Of a stretch of 64,000 nucleotides of DNA, positions 43,163-56,300 are shown in pieces. The notes beneath the pieces were generated by a model that was not told where the DNA came from, searched no databases, and was given only the letters and a program-made list of their open reading frames with translations. The DNA comes from Tubiluchus corallicola (taxonomy: Eukaryota > Animalia > Priapulida): NCBI GenBank assembly GCA_030141605.1, contig JAQGDQ010000017.1, positions 1,178,001-1,242,000 on the forward strand, read 5' to 3'. Numbering within the stretch: position 1 is the first letter of the stretch; every line of letters begins with the position of its first letter. Made by a program: the position numbers and the translations under genes.

Positions 43163-43339
43163 AATTCTGTAAAATACAAAGACTATAGGATAGGCCTATA
43201 TGGTTATATATCACTGCAGGGTGGAAGGGGGGGAGACTGCTCACAAAATTGTGACTTGTATCAATTGAATTTCAAAATGTGTTTTTTCAAATGCACAGGG
43301 TATTTTGAAAGCTATTGAGCAATATGTACTTGAAACAAT

Positions 43340-45983
43340 ACCTTATCCAAAGAAATAAGAACCTAGATGGTAACAATCTCTAAATGGTCCTGATCCAAGA
43401 ATACCTTATCCAAAGAAATAAGGACCTAGATGGTAACTATCTACAAACGGTCCTCTCTCATATGCCTTTTGAAACTGTCTACTGATAAAGCACTGATGGT
43501 TGTTGATGAAATATGATTCCACGGTTGAACTACACGGTGCCAAAAGAAGTGTGATCTGATGTTGGTTCTAACCGGTTGCACAAATAATTTAGACTCATGA
43601 CCATGAAGAACTCTCCGAAACCTGGAAAAAAATCTGTCTCAGTCAGAACAATATTTCCACTAATTATTCTGAAGCAGTTCACAAAGTCTTGCTTGCTTGT
43701 GAAGTCTTGGTTATTAACGGTCTCTCCTCAACAATTTGCGAAATTGCGGCAGATTTGATGCATCAACTGTTTCACTATTAAGTGAATGCCAAGGGCCCAC
43801 AACATGACAAGAGAAGAAATAAGCTATGATATTAGTGCGAGAGTATTGTACAAATAATATAGAATTGTGTCCACGTAAATCATGTAGTGGTCTAGAAAAA
43901 AATTGTCACAATACAAAATAGAACTACCACAAATGACTTTATAACAGTTAATAAGATCTATTTTATCACGGCGTTGTTCAAGAGAAGATACAGAGTCAGG
44001 TTGAATATCAGAGGCCAGACTAATACATCTCCACTGAGTTTTTTCTAAAGCATTTTTAAGAGTAGCATATTGTGGTGACCAAAAAACGCAGGCATATTCT
44101 AGTATTGGCCCAACTACAGCTTTATAAAGAGGTACAATAATTTTTGCACTACGTGATGAAATGCAGCGTTTAATCATTGCAATGTGTCTGTTAGCCTGAG
44201 AAATAATATACTCAGTATGTGAATTCCACTTCAGGTTGTTTGAGATTAATACACTCAAATCACATACAATTGATTTTTCTTCCATAACACCATCTCTCAG
44301 ATAATAAGGTACTGCAGAATTAGAACGAATACGTAGCATTTACTACATTTCAGGGACATTAACCAGTAGTTGTCACACCACCGCTCAATTTCAGATAGGT
44401 CAGCTTGTAAAATCTCTTGATCAGAGGAATTTCTAATTGGATGGTAAAGTTTTATATCATCAACAAAGAGTGGTATACGTGTGTCAGGGGATACACAATC
44501 AGTAACATCATTGATAAAAATAAGAAAACAATAAGGTCCCGACAAAGTCCCTTCAGGAAAGACACTGGTTACATTTCTCCAGGAAGTGGTTACACCATTT
44601 AAAACTACTCTTTGCCTTTTGTGTGTTAGAAAATAATGAAATCGCTGGAGTGGTTTCCCTCTTATACCTGCAAATTCCATTTTCAACATGAGACGACGAA
44701 GAGGAACGGAATCAAATGCTTTTCTAAAATCAATATCAGTTGATCAGTTGATGGGAGAAAAGGGTCATCAAAGAATTGGGAGCAGTCACTTAGGCATTCG
44801 AGAAAATTTGTTACTGTGGAGTGTTGTGGTAATGAGCCGTGTTGATTATTATTGAATTGGCTAAAAAATAGGTGGAATTTTAGTATATCGTCCCACAAAA
44901 GAGATTCAAGACATTTAGAGACAACAAAAGATAGAGAAATAGGGCGTAATTCGTCACATGTCAAGTTGGTGCTAATTTTTTTGGAGATAGGGGTAACATT
45001 ACAATCTAACCAGTAGAGAGAGACTATAGCACACGCTAAGGAGTTGCGAAAAGTAAGCAAAAGAGAGTTGTGAGGCGCATAATTTCAATATAAAACCGTG
45101 AACATTGTCAGGGCCAACAGCTTTAAAAGGTTTAAGTTTGGAAAGTTTATCATAAACATCATTCACAGTAAATTTAACACTGAAAATACTATCGTAATTC
45201 CAAGACAAGGGAGTTGGTAAGGGAGCCACCATCAGGTTCATTAGTGAGGAAAGAAACAAAAAATCATTAATAGTATTAGCAATTGTGATAGAATCAGAAA
45301 TAACATGTTGATGATCATCAATAGTAGTAATACGATTAGGAAGTTTAAGGAAGTGTTTACCATAATGGTAAAACTCTTTACCGTTCTTACTTAGTCGATT
45401 TGCAAGACGCTCCTCATATCGCAAGCGAGCAGAATATAAAGCTGATTTCAATTCCTGCAAGGAGCGAGTATATTCATCATGAATACTGTTAAAATAAGAA
45501 TAGCTCCATTTTGACCATAATTCGCATTTACCAGTTCTTGCATTAATAATAATGGGGTCATTTAGCCAAGGGGAAGATACAAGTTTGCACTGTTTAGCAG
45601 AAGTTCCTCTTAGGGTACAAATTGGTCAACTGCTTCATTATATGCAGACAAAATGTAATTCTAACAAGTAATGATGCCAGAATTGTGAAACTGAGCTTTC
45701 CAGTCAATGTTTTCAAAAAAATTTAGTAACGAAGTTAATTTACAACGATGAAAGTCATGCCAGGGTCGATTTACAAATGGTTAGTAATTGTACTCATCAT
45801 CAAAACAAATGCTAGTGTCACGATCACTGGTTGAAAATCCATGCTAAGGAGAGCAATTCGTAATTCGTTCAAGACAATTAGTTAAGACTAATTCTAGGCA
45901 ACTGTTTTTGCGAGTACTAAAATGAACTAACTCAGTAACTGAGAAAGCAGGTTATCATGTGAAACTGAAAATAGCAATAATTT
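43340..45983 (-). mobile_element. 5'-truncated, frameshifted non-LTR retrotransposon (CR1/L2-like reverse transcriptase pseudogene)
   Basis: ORF pieces 44999-45460, 44683-45060, 44297-44689 and 43824-44339 carry KAVGPDNV, LRPISL..VSKCLE, QRVVLNG..VTSVFPEGTLSGP..FLIFIND, LFVDDIKLY and LYKAVVGPILEYACVFWSP. 15-bp direct repeat TGTACTTGAAACAAT at 43325-43339 and 45984-45998. ~62-bp tandem duplication at the 3' end. Confidence 0.92.
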
Positions 45984-46150
45984 TGTACTTGAAACAATGT
46001 ACTTTAAGCAATAATATTCGACGTACAGTGATATATATATTACAAAAACGCAATGCAAGATAAATATAGGTTGAGATCACACTAACAAATATGTGCAAAA
46101 ATATTAGTTAAGTTCCATTTCAAGCTGCCTTTGCAGCTGCTGTTAGGACG

Positions 46151-46163
46151 GTTGCTTAGCAAC
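46151..46163. promoter_or_regulatory. RFX X-box GTTGCTTAGCAAC, putative CFAP100 promoter element
   Basis: Near-palindromic 13-bp X-box just beyond the LINE, upstream of a motile-cilia gene. Confidence 0.6.
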
Positions 46164-46367
46164 AGTCTTTCTAAAGTGTTTTGGGACTTTTCATAACAAT
46201 ATAATCTTCATCGCCTAAGGTTATTTAGAAATATAAAAAATTAAAAGACTTTTTTATTTGTGTAACTTTTGCGTTTTAACGCCTTCGCAAAAAAGAAATG
46301 TTTGAAAATTTGTCATTTAAAATATAAGAGGCGATTAACAGAGGGCGCTTTGCTTGTTCATAATTTG

Positions 46368-46407
46368 CACGTGTATATAATGTACAAAAAGAGTGAAAGG
46401 ATCAGTA
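46368..46407 (+). promoter_or_regulatory. Putative LSS core promoter: E-box CACGTG, TATATAA and initiator TCAGT
   Basis: CACGTG 46368-46373, TATATAA 46374-46380, TCAGT 46402-46406. The first T of the TATA box is 30 nt from the Inr A. The ATG-containing exon is preceded by an acceptor (cttccag|, 47322), implying an upstream non-coding exon. Confidence 0.5.
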
Positions 46408-46699
46408 GTGATTTATGAGTTGTAAAAGTATTGTTGTGTTTTGATATTTTCTTCTTTTTACGACTGATCATTTTTGGTTATCTGTCACCTTTTCTTGTTT
46501 TCAGTTTTTACTTTTTTTCATCTAAATTCATGTCGATATAAAGTTTGTTTTACACTTCTAAGCAATTATCCAAGTCCTAAGTTCAGCTTTACGACTAGTA
46601 CTAGGTACTAGATTTAGGATTTACTTTAGTAAATGGAACACCTAGGTCTCAAGACATAAAAGTTCTCCACTCAACAACTTCAACTTTTACTGATACTTA

Positions 46700-46900
46700 C
46701 TGACGACCAGCAACTTCATCCAAATCGCAATGTAATCGGTGTCGTTCGTAGCTGGGGCTGTAAGCTTGAACAAGTGCCCTCATTTTTCTTCAAGAACTCC
46801 TCCAAGTGACTCTTGAAAGAATTTACACTGGTAGAGTTCACCACTTCCTTCGTTATCCGTTTCCAAATATTAATAACTCTGGCTATAGTAGTTAGTACTT
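46700..46900 (-). mobile_element. 3'-terminal fragment of a CR1/L2-like LINE
   Basis: Translates as RVINIWKRITKEVVNSTSVNSFKSHLEEF, the typical C-terminus of CR1-clade ORF2. Confidence 0.7.
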
Positions 46901-47361
46901 TGTCATATTTCTGTTTTTTCTTCTTTAAATTAAAGTGGATAGGCATGAGTCACTTCCATGCCAGTAATTCAAAACTAGTTCTTGCTGGGCATTATCATTC
47001 GTAAAACCTTGACCGTTTATCTCCTGGAGGGAGGATGTATATACATCTAACTCTGCAGGATACGTTTGACAATTCAGTGGCTTATCTTAGAGGGATGTCT
47101 TTCATAGTGAGGCAGTCTCCGGTCATGCCATAAAGTCTCTGAGTAGTCTTTGCCTTGTGTGGTAGATTCTGACTTACAGTGTGCCATAGTGTATAAAAAT
47201 GAGCAAGCTTACAAAAATTACCTTTTGTGTATCCCTATGTATTCAGAACAAATAAAATCTAAATGAGCTAGTTTCAGCAATAATTTGTGAGGTGCTAGTG
47301 TTGTAAAATTTATATCTTCCAGATAGTTGTATTCAACATCTAACTGACGTAGTAGCTTAAT

Positions 47362-50300
47362 ATGGGATCATATATATCAAGAGATGACAAGTTTACCTAC
47401 CAAAATGACATGCAGCGCAACCGAGGTGGACCGTACAAAACTGAGCCTGCAACAGATCTCACTAGGTGGCGCCTGGAGTGTGTCAAAGGACGTCAAACAT
47501 GGGTGTACATTGAAAATGATGATGAAAACAAGGCATGTCCACAAACATTACTGGAATTGCACTCCCTTGGTCTAGACACAACACATCTAGCACCTGACTT
47601 ACCAAAAGCAGAAACATGTCGTGATGCGCTGACCAATGGCATGAAATTTTACAGTAAATTACAAGCGGAGGACGGGCATTGGGCGGGCGATTATGGTGGA
47701 CCATTGTTTCTGATGCCAGGTTTAGTAATTGTTTCGTACATAACAAGTTTCCAATTCACTACAGCTCAGAGACTGGAAATGATCAGATATTTGCGGTCCA
47801 TTCAGTGTCCGGATGGTGGATGGGGTCTACACATTGAAGGTAAAGTGCAAGCTTATTATTTTAAATGTATGCATACTTTCTTTCTGCATTGTAGTTTAAC
47901 ATTTTAGTTTTTTCTTGGAGCTTTCTGTCTTGCTCAATTAGTCTATATATTAAAGGAAACAACAAGTTGCTCATCATGCTGGGTTTATTTTATTGTTATC
48001 ACTTAAACTTAGAAAAATGTAACAAAGAATTTGAAAGAAATTTGCAAACAAGTTAAAAAGTTTGTCACAAAATTTTGCATCACCTACTTGCTGGCTTTGT
48101 GCATGCAGAGCTTATGTTAGCAGTAGTCTGTATAAACTTGTAAATTTAAACTCCCATGCTGATGGTTGGGTACACCTGCTTTTGACGGTCAGTCGTTTAG
48201 TAATAAACCTAAACGAGTTTCGACAATATTGCATGAAGTTTAAAAAATAATCAGAGCATACGTAGTGCACACTTCACTAACTAAACAAAAGTATAATATT
48301 ACTTTATCTTGTATCAATAAGATCGATTTATCAATAAGATTATGTGTTTTTTTTTGGTGAGCCTGTGACATTTTTTGTGCACACTGGGATAGTGAACCAA
48401 TGACATTTTAGCGGGCAGTGTAAATATTTTAAATTACTAAAAATTTTCCTTTCCGGTTATTTATGTTTTTCAAAGAGGTAATGCTAAATAATATAACTTT
48501 TGTATGGAAGGCGTTTTGGGATAATTTAAAATTCCCTTTTCTTTCCCTTTAAGAAATGAACAAAACAAATCCATATGAGTTTCATTCAAATAAAAATTTC
48601 AACACAGCAATCTACATGAGACACAGTTACTTACATATGTTCATAAACATCATTAACTAACAAAATTTAATGTGTTGATTTATCCTAGAATAGTTTTGTA
48701 TTATATGAGTCATTGTGCTTGTGTTTCTTGTAATTTTTTCTTCATGTATATGAATTCTGTTTTAATTGTACATCCTTTCACATTTTACATATTTTGGTTT
48801 ATCCAAATTTATAGCTAAATAATTTGCTTCTACTTACAGGTCCACCAACTGTATTTGGCTGTGCACTTAACTATGTCACCATGCGGTTGTTAGGCGTCGG
48901 TCCTAATGATCCGGACCTCACTCGTGCACGTCACCTTCTACACGCACTAGGTGGTGCTGCTGCCATTCCTTCATGGGGGAAATTTTGGTTGGCTGTCTTA
49001 AACGTTTACAGTTGGGAAGGCATGCATTCCCTTTTCCCAGAAATGTGGCTTCTTCCAACGTGGTTGCCGTTTCATCCGTCTAAATTGTGGTGTCACTGTC
49101 GTCAAGTAAGTTTGGTTCAAATAAATATGATGGATTTTGTCTATTTCAACTAACTTGATTAAACAAAAAAAGTTGCATAGTTGAAAACTTGTTAAGATAA
49201 AAAATGAAGTTTTGGTTCTGACATGTATAGAGTTTTCCAAAAGAAACCGTGCAGCAGGAATACAATAAAATGAATCTAGACTTGCGTTGTGACATCATAA
49301 TGACGTAAAATAAAAATGATACAATTTTTACATCATTATTGCAGACTGTGTATCATACGTCTTGTGGTATTGCTAATGCACTACTTGTTTTAGGACACCT
49401 TGTACATGGAACGTTACTTCCAACAAATAAGTGTAAAATACTAAGGAAAATAACAAATATTATATAGCAGCATGGGAGATATGTAAATAATCTGATTCGA
49501 ATGCTGTCGTTTTATTGGATTGCTTGTTGCTGAAAATATACTGTATCTGTTTATGTACGTGTACATGTGTGCATCTGTCTCTATGAACATGCAAAGCTTT
49601 TCCATATTTGCTTGCTATAAATAAGTTCTTGTGAAACATTTTCATTTTTTGTGCTTTCAAACTATTTACATTAATTTCCAAGATGTTAACTTCTTTGCAT
49701 TTAGGATGAAAATTACCTTCTTGAATAACTAGTGTTGCATGATTTTAGTAAAACTGGGCAAGGCTCCTCAGTTTTACACAGTAATTCTATTCCTAATTTC
49801 AAATCATTGACTGGTTACTTATTCTGGTATTAGACGTTTCTTTTACTAGATCTCATGCAGGTTAATGCTACTCATTATTAGGGGTGAGCATCGAACGTCC
49901 GAATAATTTTAGCCACAGCCACATTCATTCTTTATCATTAAAATGTTTGAAACTGCATGCAGTTAGCACAATTTAGCTATAGAATCTGTGCAAAATTTTT
50001 AACAAACCTATAGTGGTTTTACTGCAGAACAAGATTAAATAATATGCATGATTTTTGTAAGACCACTTTTTACTAGTGGTTCGAAAACTTGTTCGAAAAT
50101 CTCTCAAACTCAATTCGAATTCGATTAGGATTCGAAATGTTGAAATTCAGTTCAATTCCCATTCGAAAGTCACAAATTTGGTTAGATTCGAATTTGCTTT
50201 CTGGTAAAGAATGCTCACCCCTACTCATCATTGATATTTTAAATGTTCGATTAATTCACCTAGATTTGCTTGCTGTAGGTCTATTTACCCATGGCATATT

Positions 50301-53300
50301 GCTATGGTGAAAGAATCCAGGCAAGCGAAACTGAGTTGATACGACAACTGAGACTTGAACTTTATACGGAAAATTTCGAAGGTCAGTAACAGTGGAACTG
50401 TGACTCTGTGAGCTTTAATTACTTAATTTATCAGTTAGTGTGTTTGCGCTATGCTAGTAAAGTTGAGATTAAATTGCTTCATGCAATGATGAACTAATAA
50501 AGTGGTACAACAGCTTAACTTATTTAAGCAGCCATAAGCTCATCACACAATATTTCAATTCCTGGTCCGACTCCTCGATTGTATGCCTCAAGACTCAAGT
50601 AGGGGGCCTATAGGGCCTAATGCTGAGAAATGTGAGAAAAGAAGAAATTTTAAGAATGTAAAACAGGTGAACACATGAAATAAACACTTTATTCAAATTA
50701 AATATAAATCAACCCCATTTATTAAGTTCAGTCCTCCAAACGAGATTTCCTGCCAGAAAATACTTGAAGTACTTCATTTTTTACATCAGCTGTGAGGAAT
50801 TCTTTTTCAATGCTGATTAAAGTTATGTTGTTCAGTCGGTCTTGTGATGTGGAAGTCCTCAGATGTGTTTTTATTCATTTCAGTTTTGAAAATGACTTTT
50901 CACAACTTGCGATTAAAAATGCGATAGCAAGCAGTAATCTGTGTAGAACGTACATAATATTAATCTACTTACGCTACTTTACATTGTCTTAATCGGAATT
51001 GTGCACAGTATTTAGATGTAACAGATTTTCTACTCCAATCTCGCTTATCAAAATACGAATCCACATTCACACTGGCTTGTGGGACTGTAGGGTGCTTGTA
51101 CAATGAAATTAACAGAGACAGTTTCAAAAAGTGAATTTTTATTTTACTCTTTGATTGCATGCCCTCGCGATATGGATGCCTGGGGCCATCGTACCCTCTG
51201 CCCTCCCCCCTCTGCATGCTACTGACAGCGCCACTGGTAAACTTCACACAAATGCTTTTTGTGTAGCAATGTTGTGAAAATCACTAATAATCTGCTGATA
51301 AAACAGCTTTTAAAAACATGCACTAAATTGCATAGAATATAACTGATGTCAATATTGCGGGCTTAATAATACCAAATGCTGTGTTTGGCAGCAAATACGT
51401 TTGTTCATTTTGTGACACCAATTTAGTCAATGGTTCTATTAAAGCATCTGTAAAAATTTGCTTAGTTTTGGCCTCTATTCTGCTACAATTCTTAACTACA
51501 ACTATCAGTAGCATCTTATGAATTAACGAAAGTTTTCTTTTTCCTTTCTATTTTTAATAATATGGAAGTTCTCATACACAAACACTATCTTGCTGTTTGT
51601 GAATTTATGCTGTTCGTGTTGTCGTTTACTGTTTATAATATTTAAACTCATTTTGACAATTGGCTTTATCATTAATCTTGATCTGTACAAGTTTACACAA
51701 ATCAGCTGTTCGTCTTATTTTTGTAATTCACCTTAGTGCTATCTCGTGCTGTTGTGTTATCAAAATATGGATTGGTGCATATTATGTCTGCCCTTTATTT
51801 GCTTAAACTTTGGTATCAAATTAGTGTGCAGTCAGCCTAATGACGACTGAGAATTTTTCAATATAAGTTGCTTGCTCAAAGTAGCTGAATGAAATGACTA
51901 CACAGTGTCGCACAAACAGCACTGAACTAACCACACAGTGTAGTGTTGCAGAAACAGTGCGATTACATACATAATTTTTTCTAACTATGCATCTCTAACT
52001 TTTCGAATTGCAATAACAGTTGGCTTTAATGTTACCCTGTGGGTATATGATGTAACTGTTGTATTCGTAAGTTTGGGTGTAGTAAGAACGTGCAATCTTA
52101 CACAGTTTTAGATATAAAAAACATGTTGAATGTGATGTAAGAACCCTTAACAGTCCTCTTAATTTTTAAAATACTATAGTTGTTACATTCTAGGCATTAA
52201 CTGGCATGCACAGAGGGACAATGTTTCCCGCGCAGATCTGTACACTCCACATTCGAAATTACTCGACTGGGCTTACTCTGTTCTAGACTTTTATGAAAGC
52301 TATCACATTCCAAAACTGCGCAAGGTTGGTACCAAAATGAATTCATTTTATTTGTAGTGCAGTCAAATCTCGTTATAACGCCGGGTCTGGGACACCGCTG
52401 AATATGGTGCTATAATGGGGTTAGCGGTAAGACGAGACTCATTAATATGAAAGCCTTTCTACTGAATAACCTCCATTTTGTATTCTAGTTATTTTTAACA
52501 AATGATAAATAGTAAAATATTATTATACTTACAACAATAAGTGTTACACATTGCAGGTGTAGTTCTACAGCGGTACCTTGCAAAACTTTTATGCAGCGCA
52601 ACATGGAGAAGAAATCATGTGAAACACTGGTTAATTAGCCTATTACTGAGAAGACAAATATGCAGCCACACAGTCCACCCATGCTCCCAATGTAATATAA
52701 CTGGACAGTTAGACTATAATTAGCCACCGCTAGTAACTTGACTTTGACTCAAGCAACTTTAATAGCAGTTAAATTCAGTACTGAACCTTAGTTATGCAAC
52801 TCTTATACTCTTAAAATGCATACTCCTTGCTCAAAACCTCAGCATTCACTTTCATACAGTCACTTGCTGCAAAACCTAAATCTTAATTTAAACACCACCA
52901 TTGTTTTCTTATCAAAGATCATTTTTACAATATTATGGCTGTTTTTCAGCAGTAATTCATTGTGCTTTATCTTGGTTGGCATTACAACTGGGTTGATTTA
53001 TTGTGTAAAATGGACTCTTGGCAAAGCAGATACGTTGGCGTATATCGGTAGGCGAGGTTGGCGGTATTTCCTATATTTAACGTGTTATGGAAATTGGGAC
53101 AGGGCAAAAGTTGGCATTATGGCGAGGTTGTTATAATGAGGTTTGACTGTAATAGCACATCAACCACTACTGCAGGATACAACCAAAATGTCAAGTCCTG
53201 TGAATAAGTAATTTTCCATTTAGCAATGCTTCATTTAAGTGACACCAAACATTTGGCATCTTTTCTTGCTTAATGGCTAACATTTTAAACTTCAATTTTT

Positions 53301-56300
53301 TTAGCATTATTTTAAACATTGAAGCTTTGTTCCTTGTGTTACTAATTTGTAGGGATATTGCAGGCCTTCGACTAACAGTAATTAAAAAAGCCACTTGTCA
53401 GAAACTGCTGCAACACCCTGTCATGTCAGATTGGTTCATGTCATTATGGTGTGATTATATTGCTGCATCTTACTGTAGTAGAGATATGTGTAGCATAATA
53501 CTGTCCCTGTAACCTGGCTAAATTATATAAAAAGTTATCGTATTCAAGAGAAGCTAAAGTAATGAGTCACAACTGCTGTATTACCACTTGTGATTAAAGT
53601 TTTGCCACAGAACGTCTAATCACTAGTGTTACTGGAACAAGATTTTACAAGATAATATCACATTTTGCTGGCCACATTAGTATCCTCAAAGGGGCTTACT
53701 GTGTTGACTTCTTTGAACTAGAAATGAAATTTTAATGTGAGTTGTTGAAGAAAATTTACTGAGCACCTTTGTTGTATTAATATTACAACTTAAGAATACA
53801 GAAGTTCTGACCTCTAAATCTGTTATTTTTGATAATCATTTTACTATAACTTTTGAAATCCATCATTGAAGTTTTGCTTTGTTTAAACACCCAGCTCTAT
53901 CACACTTTTTGCGTCACTAAACATGTTCCATACTGTATTCATATTTTCCATTTATTTACTAGATGGCGCTAGCCGAGTTGTATGGTCATATCTGTGCAGA
54001 TGACAAGTTTACAAAGTGTATCAGTATTGGACCCATCTCTAAAGTCATCAACATGCTTATTAGGTTAGTGTTTTTACATTTGTACATGGAAGAAGACACA
54101 TACGAGTTCGCATCATGTTAATTTAAGATTTTGCAAGATTTTTGCTTGTTATATTAATTTTGTTGCAGATATTTTCAGGCTGACCTATTTATAGTATTGA
54201 AAAGAAACAAGTTTCACCAACTACATTTACCACAGTTTTTTTACTAATTTACAAAACTGCTAAACCTTTCTATCATTTTATGAGATAACTACAAGTTATT
54301 ACCTGCTATGTAGAAGTGGTAATGTGTAACTCCTACTTCCTATTTTGTCATAAATTATATTTGTTGTACTCCTGGTTAATAGACATTGATCTTCTTGAAA
54401 TGGCTATTGCATATCTTTAAGATATGGAAATGGTTAAACCATTTTTTAATTGAAACCGTTACATTAAAGTTACGTTCATTCATTGTCTTCCCTTGCCTTG
54501 CTTAACAGAATTCGTATTTGTAAATAGAATTTCTGTTTTTTGACATGTGTGCCTGAGGTTTATTTGTGCTTATTTTTCTGGAATTTATATACAATGAGAG
54601 CATGCTGACATGAACCGGAAGCTTCAAAAGAGACCATTATTTAAAAAAGGGAATCCTAAAACAAAAAACTGGAAGGACTTATTATAGAGAAATGTGGTTC
54701 AAAACATTAGTTCTAGGTATGCATTATGCAGAAATGTCACAGGCTATTTATTGTTTTTGAATATTCTCGGTACTCTTATTTTCTACCATTTAGCCGGTTA
54801 CTTTTTTCATCATATTACTTCCTGTATAGGCATATCATTCCCTTATGTCCAAAGTCCTAAATAACATTTTTCACACAGTCCTGCATTCACCAATCACTGG
54901 GATTCTTCATTCAATTCATATATATATATATATATATTGCGGAAGGACCGGAATCTATTTCATTATCAAGGATGATCCTTTAAAATTGAACTGTTAGCGA
55001 ATGACAATCACCATTTGAATTCGGTAAATATTTTTAGTAAATTGCAGTAAGTGAAATTAAAAGTTTTCTTGCATCTACTGTATAATGTTTAATAGTGAAC
55101 AATTACATGCATTTTGAGAAGCAGGACTGTTCTGTTTCAGGTGGCACGTTGAAGGCAGCGACTCATCAGCATTTAAGGAACATGCTTATCGTGTTCAAGA
55201 CTATCTGTGGATTGGCTTGGACGGTAACTAAAACTTTGCAATGAATCATTTTATTAAGTCTCTCCCCAAGGCCAAATAAGTGACAAGGTCAGCGGAGGAC
55301 AAAAGTTATTTATTATTATAATTTTGATCATTCACTGAAAATGTGGCACATTTTGAAACAAAAAGTTTGATGTTCTGAATGTTGTGCTGGTTGGGATAAA
55401 AACACTCTTATTTATTGGGCACAAAATCTGCTAACTCAATCTCCGATCTCCTGACAAGCAAATACAGTCAGGCACCGCTTAATAGACTCACTTTTGGACG
55501 GAAGTGTTTTGACCCAATTAACCGACTGAGTCAATTAGCCGACGAGTTTAGTATATTGTTACTATACAAGTATGAGTCATCAGTCATCACCTTAGCATGC
55601 ATTGCAAAGGCTTTAGATGAAGTTTAGAAATGAATTAATGTCGAAAATACATACAAAATTCAAAGCAAAACCGCTATGCTAACATATTAGCGCATATGAT
55701 AAACGTGCTGTACCTAACAAAGCTGTACTTAATGTGACTGTAGCATGCATTGCAAAGGCTTTAGATGAAGTTTAGAAACGAATTAATGTCGAAAATATAT
55801 ACGTACATGCAACTGTTTTAAGAAACGTAATTTATATAAGTGAATTAATAAAAAAGAAAAAAATGGCAAAAATCTGATTATTACCATTAAAAATTACAAA
55901 AATTACATGCAAGGTCGGTGGTTTCATTTGTTCACGAATAAGTTGGTTCATGAAATTCTCATAGTGATAAAAACATTGAAAATACCGTTTACTGTACATA
56001 TTCATGCAAAACACCTAATCACCTAATGATTTAGCTGCAGTTGGTGATGACCTTGTGAAAAGCAGCAGGAGCCTCAAAAGCAAACCGCTGGGCACTTGAT
56101 TAAATGTTTAGATTCCAGAAACAACAAGGTTAATTGCAGTGGATAAGCGGGTGACAGATTCAAAGCAAAACCGCTATGCTAACATATCAGCGCATGTGAT
56201 AAACGTGCTGTACCTAACAAAGCTATACTTAATGTGACTGTTTCTAAATATATTATAGTGCTCAAAATCAACCTAAAGATGACACAAAAGCAGTAAAAGC

